Of a DNA stretch of 53,103 nucleotides, positions 37,375-45,895 are shown in pieces; within the stretch, counting starts at the first letter, position 1, and each line of letters starts with the position of its first letter. The notes beneath the pieces were generated by a model. That model was not told where the DNA came from. It searched no databases and saw nothing but the letters and a program-made list of their open reading frames with translations. Made by a program: the position numbers and the translations under genes. The DNA comes from Promethearchaeota archaeon (GTDB taxonomy: Archaea > Asgardarchaeota > Lokiarchaeia > Sigyniarchaeales > SOKP01). The stretch is taken from NCBI GenBank assembly GCA_019894885.1, contig JAGXNP010000001.1, positions 1 to 53,103 of the forward strand, written 5' to 3'.

Positions 37375-38862
37375 TTAATCTTTAGTTTTTGGATATCTTT
37401 CATGCTTTTGTAAAAATTCACGATACGAGTTTAATTTATCCAATACTGTTCCTGCGAGATCTAAAGATTCAAATACTGGAACGTTTCGATTAAGTAATTT
37501 AAGCTTGAACTTGTATCTACTTTTATACTCTTCAAATCCCTCATTGATTTTCAGCATGACGCAATACATCGGTTTTGTACATACATTCTTCGCTTTTGAT
37601 ATGTATCGAATAAATTCTTTATTTAGATCTAATCCTCCGTATCCTAATTCTTCCAATAAGTCAGCAAATCCTCCAAATCTCTCGGGATCCTTAATAAAAA
37701 TAATAGATGAAATGTTGGGATCTTTATCAAGTGCTAAAATTGTACGATAGTAGATATTGGGTTGGATTCCCATCCCACCTAAATCTATGGGGTTTGACAA
37801 GTTAGTATTTACATCGGGTACGAATCTTTTCATTTTATCGATACTTCTCTCTGATAATTGGGGAATCGTCAGATTATACTTTTCCAAAATATCTATTGCT
37901 TCTATTGTTGAACCCCCACCAATCCCAATCACACCAACGTTTCGCGAATTAGGTAGATGAGTTAAATTAAAAGCAGATGCCAACGCAGCAAGTTCATTTG
38001 AATTACTTGTTATGCAACTCCCACTTTGTTTACCTACAGCCTTCCAAATTTCATTGTTACCTGCTAAACCTCCTGTGTGAGATAATATCGCTTTTTTAGT
38101 TGCTTCTCCGTATCCCGCCCGCCAAAGAATAACAGGTTTGCGATTTAAATTACACTCTTTAACAATATCCATAAATTTTCTTCCTTGTTCAATACTCCTT
38201 AGATTCTCAATGTATAAACCAATAATTTTTGTATGCTCGTCATTTAAGAAATATTCTAAAAATTCAACTGGAGATAGATCGAGGGAGTTCCCTATGGAGA
38301 TTAATTTAGATGCATACAAGCCATAAGATACTATGAGTTGGGAAATATTTTGAGCTATTCCTCCAGATTGAAAAATTCCTCCAAAATTACCATACTTACG
38401 GGATTGCTCGTAAGCAAAAAATAGACCACCTTTAGGATTATAAACACCAATACAATTTGGACCGATGATTCGAATACTATGTTTACGAGCTGTTTCAATA
38501 GTTCGATTTTCTAAATCCTCGTTACCAACTTCACGGAATCCTGAAGAGAAAATTGTGCAAAAGGGAATAGACTTTTGACCTACTTCATCTAAGACCTTTG
38601 GAACTAAGCGTGCTGGAACCGCAATAATAACATAATCTATTGGTTCAGAAATTTCCAAAATTGATGCATAAACTTTCTGTCCATATAATGTTTTTCCAGC
38701 TAACCTTGGATTAAATAAATAGGTTTTTCCTTTAAATTTACCCCTCATAACTCGAACGAAAAAACCTCCACCTGCAGGATCATTGCTTGCTCCTATAATC
38801 CCAATAGCTCTTGGAAAGAATAATCTATTAAAATCTAATGATGATTTTTGTAATGAAGACAT
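37375..38862 (-). CDS. Second ADP-forming acyl-CoA synthetase alpha-subunit-like protein
   Basis: FFPRAIGIIGAS, IGPNCIGV and the phosphohistidine loop AILSHTGGLAG. Confidence 0.8.
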   Translation of the reverse strand: MSSLQKSSLDFNRLFFPRAIGIIGASNDPAGGGFFVRVMRGKFKGKTYLFNPRLAGKTLYGQKVYASILEISEPIDYVIIAVPARLVPKVLDEVGQKSIPFCTIFSSGFREVGNEDLENRTIETARKHSIRIIGPNCIGVYNPKGGLFFAYEQSRKYGNFGGIFQSGGIAQNISQLIVSYGLYASKLISIGNSLDLSPVEFLEYFLNDEHTKIIGLYIENLRSIEQGRKFMDIVKECNLNRKPVILWRAGYGEATKKAILSHTGGLAGNNEIWKAVGKQSGSCITSNSNELAALASAFNLTHLPNSRNVGVIGIGGGSTIEAIDILEKYNLTIPQLSERSIDKMKRFVPDVNTNLSNPIDLGGMGIQPNIYYRTILALDKDPNISSIIFIKDPERFGGFADLLEELGYGGLDLNKEFIRYISKAKNVCTKPMYCVMLKINEGFEEYKSRYKFKLKLLNRNVPVFESLDLAGTVLDKLNSYREFLQKHERYPKTKD

Positions 38863-38925
38863 TGCTAGACTAAGAAAATTTCGTTTAAATTAATAAAAAA
38901 TATAATAGAACTTGACTAAAATATT

Positions 38926-39477
38926 TTATTGATAAGTTCTTCCTAAAGTTCTATTTAATAAAGCAATATCGTCAGTAAAAATTCCGTCAACATCTAAATT
39001 AATTAGTTTTCTCATCATGTCTTCCTCATTTACTGTAAAAACATTAACTTTAAGATCGTTACTATGAGCTAAATCTACAAACTCTTTATCAACTATTGGA
39101 TAATAAGGGTGGATAGCATAAAATTCATTATCTATTGCTCTTTGAACATATCGTTTTACCATTCGAATTTTTGTTAAAGCTCTAGGAATTAAATAGCCTA
39201 TTTTTAATCCAGGCTCAATTTCCTTAACTTTTAAAAGTTCCCCAATCTCGAAACTACTAACGATTGAAGTGGTAATTAGGTTTTCTTCTCTTAAAATGTT
39301 AATTAAATCATTAATAATTCCTGGAGCTATAATTTCGGGTTGGAGTTTTATTTTTCCTTTAGTGATTGCTATTAATTCATTTAATGTAGGTATTCGTTCC
39401 CCCTCCCCAATATCTATTTTCTTAATTTCTTCAATTGACATATCTCGTAAGCTTTTTAGTATACCAGCAGATCTCAA
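38926..39477 (-). CDS. Glycerophosphodiester phosphodiesterase (GDPD) paralog 1. The track ORF is N-terminally truncated, and the catalytic N-terminus lies upstream in-frame without a canonical start.
   Basis: The ORF body matches the two neighbouring GDPDs. In-frame upstream codons read FLVIGHRGASSEAPENTLKAFERTIELNADYIEFDLQKTLDNEIVISHD. Confidence 0.75.
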   Translation of the reverse strand: MRSAGILKSLRDMSIEEIKKIDIGEGERIPTLNELIAITKGKIKLQPEIIAPGIINDLINILREENLITTSIVSSFEIGELLKVKEIEPGLKIGYLIPRALTKIRMVKRYVQRAIDNEFYAIHPYYPIVDKEFVDLAHSNDLKVNVFTVNEEDMMRKLINLDVDGIFTDDIALLNRTLGRTYQ

Positions 39478-39710
39478 AAGATCGGAATCATGGCTTATAA
39501 CAATTTCATTATCGAGAGTCTTCTGAAGATCAAATTCAATATAGTCTGCATTTAACTCAATTGTTCTTTCAAAAGCTTTTAAAGTGTTTTCAGGTGCTTC
39601 TGAACTAGCTCCTCTATGACCTATTACTAAAAAGTCATTTTTTTTTCTACTAAAAATAATATCCCCTAATATTGATCTGTAATTGAATTAAATTAATTAG
39701 ATTAATTATA

Positions 39711-40442
39711 TTAGACATTACGGTTCAAAACTTCTTTAAGACGAGATATATCATTGGTTATAATTCCATCTGTGCCCATATTTATTAATTTCCTCATAGC
39801 AATTCCAGAATTAACAGTCCAGGGAAAAACTTTTATATTTTTTTCATGGGCATATTCAATAAATTGTTTATCAGCTAGTTTATATAGCGGATTAATTGCA
39901 TAGTAATTATTTTCAGAGTTGTAATCAATTATTTTCTTTTTATAATTCCAATCTGAGAATTTTCCTGCCTCAGTAGGAACAAGGGTTGCTAATTTTAATT
40001 GTGGTTCAATTTTTTGTATCTTAATCAATTCTTCATGTAAAAATGAACTAGTTATTGTAGAATCAAGAATATCAGCATCTTGGAAAATTTGAATAATTTT
40101 TTTAGCGATACCTTCCACTTTAATTTCGCAATTGAGAGATATTTTATCCTTTGCTAACTCAATTAATTCCAATAGTGTAGGAATTTGTTCACCATCTCCA
40201 AAATTTAATTTTTTTAATTCTTTAAGTGTCATATGATTTACAATGCCCTCGGTTCCTGCTGTTCTAAGGGTATTGTAATCATGGATGACAACAATTTCAC
40301 CATCTAATGTTTCTTGGACATCAAATTCAACAGAGTCTGCTTTTAAGCGAATTGCTTCTTTAAATGCTTTTAATGTATTCTCGGGGGCTATTTTACTTGC
40401 GCCTCGATGACCCATGATGATAATCCTGTTATTTGCATTCAT
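39711..40442 (-). CDS. Glycerophosphodiester phosphodiesterase paralog 2
   Basis: IIMGHRGASKIAPENTLKAF...VEFDVQETLDGEIVVIHD (HR..E.D...HD catalytic pattern). Confidence 0.9.
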   Translation of the reverse strand: MNANNRIIIMGHRGASKIAPENTLKAFKEAIRLKADSVEFDVQETLDGEIVVIHDYNTLRTAGTEGIVNHMTLKELKKLNFGDGEQIPTLLELIELAKDKISLNCEIKVEGIAKKIIQIFQDADILDSTITSSFLHEELIKIQKIEPQLKLATLVPTEAGKFSDWNYKKKIIDYNSENNYYAINPLYKLADKQFIEYAHEKNIKVFPWTVNSGIAMRKLINMGTDGIITNDISRLKEVLNRNV

Positions 40443-40563
40443 ATTGATATTCTCTTATAGAAAAATTAATTATTACTTTAAAATTTAGCATCTATTTTTC
40501 TTAATTAATGAGAACACATACGATAAGTTTAAATGTAAGATAAACTAAATTCAATATTAATTC

Positions 40564-41325
40564 ATGAGCATACATAAAAGTCTAGATGTTGTCCTATATA
40601 AGGGACAAAAATTTAATGTAGAAAATCATGCCTTATACTTAACCAATAAAGGCATAAAAGATATTGATAAAATACAAGGTCTCGAAAAATTATCTAATTT
40701 GCACATTTTAGATTTATCAAACAACCAGATATCTCAAATTAATGGCTTAGACAAACTTAAAGAATTAGAGATTTTATGCTTAAATAATAATCAAATTACT
40801 GAAATAAAAGGTCTTGATAATCTAGAAAACTTAAGGGTATTATGGCTGAAAAAAAACCTAATTTCTGAAATCAAAGGCTTAAATTCTCTTCATAACCTAG
40901 AAGAACTTTGGTTAAAAAAAAATAAGATTTCTAGAATCAGGAATTTAAATAAACTTAAAAAATTAAAATATCTGTGTTTATGTGATAATCTGATTTCTGA
41001 GATTAAGGGACTTGATTCCCTTATTAATTTAAGGAGTTTAAATCTAATAAAAAACAAAATTTCCTCCATAACTAATCTCCAACACTTAATTAATTTAGAA
41101 GATTTAGATTTGAGTTATAATAGAATAAGCGATATTGAAGGATTAGCAAATCTTTCAAATTTATATTTCTTTGGTTGTACGCACAATAAAATAGTTCAAA
41201 TAAAGGAATTAGAAAACTTAAAAAAAATAAGTACAATTTGTTTAGAAGAGAATCCAATAGATCTACAAAAATTAAGAAACAATTATGAAAAAACTTTAAC
41301 CCAAAAAGATAACATCCAAACTTAA
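40564..41325 (+). CDS. Leucine-rich repeat protein (22-residue SDS22-like repeats)
   Basis: About 9 consecutive LxxLxxLxLxxNxIxxIxGLxx units. Confidence 0.9.
   Translation: MSIHKSLDVVLYKGQKFNVENHALYLTNKGIKDIDKIQGLEKLSNLHILDLSNNQISQINGLDKLKELEILCLNNNQITEIKGLDNLENLRVLWLKKNLISEIKGLNSLHNLEELWLKKNKISRIRNLNKLKKLKYLCLCDNLISEIKGLDSLINLRSLNLIKNKISSITNLQHLINLEDLDLSYNRISDIEGLANLSNLYFFGCTHNKIVQIKELENLKKISTICLEENPIDLQKLRNNYEKTLTQKDNIQT
40633..41259 (+). repeat. Tandem 66-nt coding repeats (LRR units)
   Basis: The 22-codon periodicity is visible in the translation from about residue 24 to 232. Confidence 0.7.
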
Positions 41326-41329
41326 CATT

Positions 41330-42097
41330 TTACTTAATCTTATTAATTACTTCTTTTGCTGCGATGATATCATTAGTCATTATTCCGTCAATACCCTTAT
41401 TAATCAATCTCTTTATGACGGGCTTAACATCAACAGTATAAACATTTACCTTAAGATTTTGGTGATGCGAATAATCTATAAGTTGTTTATCTACTATCAC
41501 ATAATGAGGATGGATAAATGAGAAGTTATTTTTAGCAGCTCTATCAATCGCTTTTTTTTTTGTCTTCCATTTTGTCCATTTTGGATTATTAACCACACGT
41601 ACGTTATAGGGTATTAACGATGCAAATTTAAAGTTTGGCTCTAATTTTTGAATCTTTTTAAGTTCTTTAAAATTAAATGAGCTAATGATTGTATTTTCAA
41701 CCAAATCTGATTCTCTTAACAATTGTACTAGTTTTTTCCCAATATTTGTAGATATAACTTCTACACATAATCCAATCTTACCCTTGGTGAGATAAATTAC
41801 ATCTTCTAAAGTAGGTATTTTCTCACCCTCCCCAAAATCAAGAGTTTTCAATTCCTCTAAAGTTAAATCTTCTACAAACCCGGAATGTCCTGTAAGTCTT
41901 GATAATTCAGGATCATGAGTAACTACAAGTACACCATCTTTTGACTTAAAAAGATCAAATTCGATGTAATTAGCTTTATACTCTATTGCTTTTTGAAACG
42001 CTTTTAGCGTATTTTCGGGTGAATCCGAACTTGCTCCACGATGTCCTATAATTAAAATACGGTTTTTCGGATCGCTCATTGTACAATACTCACTCAA
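41330..42097 (-). CDS. Glycerophosphodiester phosphodiesterase paralog 3
   Basis: ILIIGHRGASSDSPENTLKAF...IEFDLFKSKDGVLVVTHD. Confidence 0.9.
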   Translation of the reverse strand: MSEYCTMSDPKNRILIIGHRGASSDSPENTLKAFQKAIEYKANYIEFDLFKSKDGVLVVTHDPELSRLTGHSGFVEDLTLEELKTLDFGEGEKIPTLEDVIYLTKGKIGLCVEVISTNIGKKLVQLLRESDLVENTIISSFNFKELKKIQKLEPNFKFASLIPYNVRVVNNPKWTKWKTKKKAIDRAAKNNFSFIHPHYVIVDKQLIDYSHHQNLKVNVYTVDVKPVIKRLINKGIDGIMTNDIIAAKEVINKIK

Positions 42098-42413
42098 AAA
42101 TTACTTTTGCTGAGGAAAATTATTTTTTTTAAGTAGATAGATATTTTACTAAATTTAAATAGATTGAAATATAAATGTATGGCTTCTCATATCTTTTATT
42201 TGCTTAAACTAATTTCTCATAACCTTTTTATTAGTTATACAATAATAATGTAAAAGAAAAATTTAAATATCTAAACTCAAATCCTCTCATTGGACGCCGT
42301 TAAGTTTATAAATGTTAAGTATTTTAAATATTAATTGACGAAAAGAATATTATACAAGACACCTAAGGAATAATAAACTTAAAATAGAAAAAAAATTAGT
42401 GATAATCGAAACC

Positions 42414-42665
42414 ATGAAGTTTTGCCCAGATTGTGATAATATAATTTTTCCAAAAAACAAAAGATTATATTGCAAGGCGTGCGATAAAGAATTCGATTTA
42501 GATGCCGAAGCAGAAGATTTCAAAATAGTTAAAAAGATCAAACACGACGAGAAGGAGTCAGCTCCTATCGTTGTGAAAGATACTATGAATAGCGCCAAAA
42601 TTTCTGATCAAGATAGAAAAGCATTTGAAGAATTCTTTGATCTTGGTAGTGCTGAGGGGTTTTAA
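42414..42665 (+). CDS. Small zinc-ribbon protein resembling the N-terminal ribbon of RNA polymerase subunit M / TFS, with an acidic tail
   Basis: MKFCPDCDNIIFPKNKRLYCKACDKEF (CxxC...CxxC). No second (TFIIS-type) ribbon is present. The track ORF starts at GTG 42399, but ATG 42414 fits the family N-terminus. Confidence 0.45.
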   Translation: MKFCPDCDNIIFPKNKRLYCKACDKEFDLDAEAEDFKIVKKIKHDEKESAPIVVKDTMNSAKISDQDRKAFEEFFDLGSAEGF

Positions 42666-42819
42666 CCTCACGGAGCGATAACATTTCTTAGATATAGAAT
42701 CATTCTTCTTCTTAGTTCTAAACTTTAAAAAAGACAATTTTAAAGATATTTTATTATTATTAGATTTAAATTAATAGGAAATTATAGGATCGCTATTTTA
42801 TTTTAATAAATGATTAACC

Positions 42820-43218
42820 ATGACTGAAGAAAAAAAGAAGCGGTTAAAAGGATTTGCCAAGGTTGTGGCTAAGGAAGTAGAAGTTTTAAACACAATCGAG
42901 CAATTCAAAGAAGATTTTAAAGATTCTTTAATCAAAATTCTTTTAAACGCTAAAGATGGAAAATATGCTGCACTTTTAGTGATAGAAAAGGGTAGTGTTT
43001 ATGTTGAGGGCATTGAAAACACCCCAAAATCGAACATATCGAAAAAAGTTCTTGGCTGGGATGGCTTGCTGCAAACAAAAACTGAAGTGTTTGTAGACAT
43101 CTTGGGCGGGGGTGATATTTCAATGGGGTCTATTATTTGGAAAATCATCACTTTTCGAATAAAAATAAAAGGTATTAAAAACGTTCTAATTTTGATGAAA
43201 CTGTTTGAATATGAATAA
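42820..43218 (+). CDS. Hypothetical 132-aa protein, possibly SCP2-like fold
   Basis: The C-terminal ...DILGGGDISMGSIIWKIITFRIKIKGIKNVLILMKLF loosely resembles the SCP2 C-terminal pattern. The call is weak. Confidence 0.35.
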   Translation: MTEEKKKRLKGFAKVVAKEVEVLNTIEQFKEDFKDSLIKILLNAKDGKYAALLVIEKGSVYVEGIENTPKSNISKKVLGWDGLLQTKTEVFVDILGGGDISMGSIIWKIITFRIKIKGIKNVLILMKLFEYE

Positions 43219-43279
43219 GATAAGTTCAAATTTGATTAAGTAATTAAATTCGAGAACGTATAAAATCTATTTTTTCTAT

Positions 43280-43711
43280 TCATCCTTCCAATTTGAATAC
43301 TTTTAAAATTGATAATATTTTTTCTTTTAATCCTTTAGAATCTTCATCCTTTATAGACTGGATAACAACATTTTTATCTTGATCAGAAATATCTCGAAAT
43401 CTTTCAAGGAATAACCGCAGATAGAGCACTTTTTTGGAAGGACTTTTTTGAATATTTGAAATGAGATTATCTATTAATGAATTTATTGAAGAGCTCTCTT
43501 GATTTGAAGATTCTGGATCACAGATTTTTTCTTTAGCAAATCCATGTTCTTTAATAATACTATTCTGTTCAATGATATCTCGCGTAATTTCCTGAAGAAG
43601 TTCAATACGAGAGGATATTGGCAAATTTGAAAGAATTTCATCTATCTCTACATTTTTTTGCTCGAAGTCTTCTATAAGTGAAAGAGCTTTTAATATATTT
43701 TTTCGCTCCAT
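43280..43711 (-). CDS. Hypothetical 143-aa helical protein
   Basis: ORF track. No motif recognised. Confidence 0.5.
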   Translation of the reverse strand: MERKNILKALSLIEDFEQKNVEIDEILSNLPISSRIELLQEITRDIIEQNSIIKEHGFAKEKICDPESSNQESSSINSLIDNLISNIQKSPSKKVLYLRLFLERFRDISDQDKNVVIQSIKDEDSKGLKEKILSILKVFKLEG

Positions 43712-43765
43712 ATACTAACTAACTTTATTTAAATTTTTAAATTTATCCTTACATTTTATATAAGT

Positions 43766-44488
43766 ATGGATAAGGTTACAGAAAAGATACTAGATCAATT
43801 CCAAGATTTTATAAATTATCGTTTTAATAAACCAACAATGTTGCTTCAAGCCTTAACTACTCCCCAATTTGCTAACGAAAAAAGTGTTCTTCACTATCAA
43901 ATCCTCGAAACGCTTGGAGATGCTGTAATCAAATTAATCTTTAGTTTAAAACTCTATATTAAAGGTGAAGTCGATCCTGGCAAATTAACTATATCAAAAC
44001 AACACTTAGAGGATAATCAAACTTTTCAAAAAGTAGCGACGGAAATGCAATTATGGAAATACATTTTTTCCTCTAAAAAGCAAAGAGTAAAAGACACTTC
44101 GATACTTGCTGATGTATTCGAAGCGATATGCGGGGCGATTTTTATCGATTCAAAGAATAATCTACAAGTTGTTGAAAAAAAAATAATTGATAGATTTATA
44201 ACTGATTGGGAATCATTAATAAAAGAATCACCTCACTTATATAAAAATCAGCTTCTAGAATATTTACAAAATAAATTCAAGATAACACCCACGATGAAGT
44301 GTGATTATGAAAAGCTAGGTCCAGATAATGATACTCGTTGGATTGCGAAAAATCCAGAAATAGTTGATAACAATCAGAAAGAGCTAATTAGAGTACCTAA
44401 TTACTTGAAATCGGATAAATTTAAAACACAAAAAGATGCAGAGAAAAATATTAGTCTGAAAATTTTAAAATATTTACAAGGAAAATGA
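43766..44488 (+). CDS. rnc: Ribonuclease III (class 1: catalytic domain plus dsRBD)
   Basis: FNKPTMLLQALTTPQFANE, signature ILETLGDAVIKL, second catalytic pair ILADVFEAICGAIFIDS, and a C-terminal dsRBD-like YKNQLLEYLQ...KTQKDAEKNISLKILKYL. Confidence 0.85.
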   Translation: MDKVTEKILDQFQDFINYRFNKPTMLLQALTTPQFANEKSVLHYQILETLGDAVIKLIFSLKLYIKGEVDPGKLTISKQHLEDNQTFQKVATEMQLWKYIFSSKKQRVKDTSILADVFEAICGAIFIDSKNNLQVVEKKIIDRFITDWESLIKESPHLYKNQLLEYLQNKFKITPTMKCDYEKLGPDNDTRWIAKNPEIVDNNQKELIRVPNYLKSDKFKTQKDAEKNISLKILKYLQGK

Positions 44489-44663
44489 AATTTACTCCTA
44501 TTTCAATCGTTTTATATCTCGTATTATTTTTATTAAATGTTCGAATAAAATAGAATCTTAAGGTTTAAAACTTTCCTAATACTTCTAAACCTATTGCAGT
44601 AATGATTATCTTAGTATTAGTTCTACAATTTATAGTTCTAAACTCAAAAAAGGGTTAATCTTA

Positions 44664-45842
44664 ATGTCTGAAGGAAGAATTGTTAAAAAAACTCTGGAAA
44701 TGGATGAATACGAAAACGAAACTGGAAAACTTGCGATATGGAAAGGAAGTGAAAGTAAAGAATTTCGAAAATGGCAAATGAAAAAACAAAAAAATTCTAT
44801 AAAAAAGCAGAAATTGGATTCACTTACCCTCTCTCGTGAAGAAAGAAAGAAAATCAAAATAGAATTAAAACAAGAAAAAGAAGTGGGAAGAGATTATGAT
44901 CATTTAATTGTTGTTGAGAACTTACATAAAACTTATTTGCTTGGAACAACAGCCGTGGCAGCTCTACGCGGCGTTGATTTAACGATTGATAAAGGTAATT
45001 TCATAGATATAATGGGTCCTTCAGGAAGTGGTAAAACAACACTTTTAAATCTAATAGGAGGATTGGATACTCCTACGAGAGGGAAAATTTTCTTGGAAGG
45101 TCGTAATATATCTATGCTTAATGACAACAACTTAGCAGAAATAAGAAGAGAAAGAATTGGCTTTGTATTTCAATTCTATAATTTACTACCGCAAATGACA
45201 GCTTTAGAAAATGTGATGGTCCCTTTACATTTTTCCGGAAAGTTAAGTAGGAGAGGTAAGAGAAAAAAAGCAATGGATTTACTAAGTCTTGTAGGATTGG
45301 ATGAGCGCTCTCACCATGCACCATCAGAATTAAGCGGAGGAGAACAACAGAGAGTTGCCATTGCTCGGGCTTTTGCAAATAATCCCGCTATATGTGTTTT
45401 AGATGAACCAACTGGAGATTTAGATTCAAAAACGGGGGTAATGATTTTAAATCTTCTTAGAGATTTAAATAAGAGAGGTGCAACTTTTATTTCTGTTTCT
45501 CACGATGCGGCTGTATCTGAATTCGCTACAAAGGTGTATCATATGAAAGATGGAAAATTAAGCCACGAGGGGAAAATTGGAGGTTTAAAAGAAACAGAAA
45601 TAATGCAGTTACGAAGAAAACAGGACGCTGAAATTAATAAAGAAAAATGTAAGAATATGATATTCAGATATCTCTTTGCGAATCAAGGTAAAACCAAAAT
45701 AAAAGTGAGTGATATTAAAAATACCGTCCCAATTCCGATCGTTTCAAACCTACCAGAACATTTTAATGATATTTTGATTGAGCTTATAGAAGAAAACAAT
45801 ATTAGTGGACAAATCTTGGAAGATGAATTAATTTTAGATTGA
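44664..45842 (+). CDS. ABC transporter ATP-binding protein (MacB/LolD/FtsE-like) with N- and C-terminal extensions
   Basis: Walker A GPSGSGKTT, Q-loop, signature LSGGEQQRVAIARA, and Walker B ICVLDEPTGDLD. There are about 75 extra residues at the N-terminus and about 90 at the C-terminus. Confidence 0.9.
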   Translation: MSEGRIVKKTLEMDEYENETGKLAIWKGSESKEFRKWQMKKQKNSIKKQKLDSLTLSREERKKIKIELKQEKEVGRDYDHLIVVENLHKTYLLGTTAVAALRGVDLTIDKGNFIDIMGPSGSGKTTLLNLIGGLDTPTRGKIFLEGRNISMLNDNNLAEIRRERIGFVFQFYNLLPQMTALENVMVPLHFSGKLSRRGKRKKAMDLLSLVGLDERSHHAPSELSGGEQQRVAIARAFANNPAICVLDEPTGDLDSKTGVMILNLLRDLNKRGATFISVSHDAAVSEFATKVYHMKDGKLSHEGKIGGLKETEIMQLRRKQDAEINKEKCKNMIFRYLFANQGKTKIKVSDIKNTVPIPIVSNLPEHFNDILIELIEENNISGQILEDELILD

Positions 45843-45895
45843 AATAATTCATCTTTTTAATTATAAAAGTACGTTTTAAAATCGTTATAATTCGA

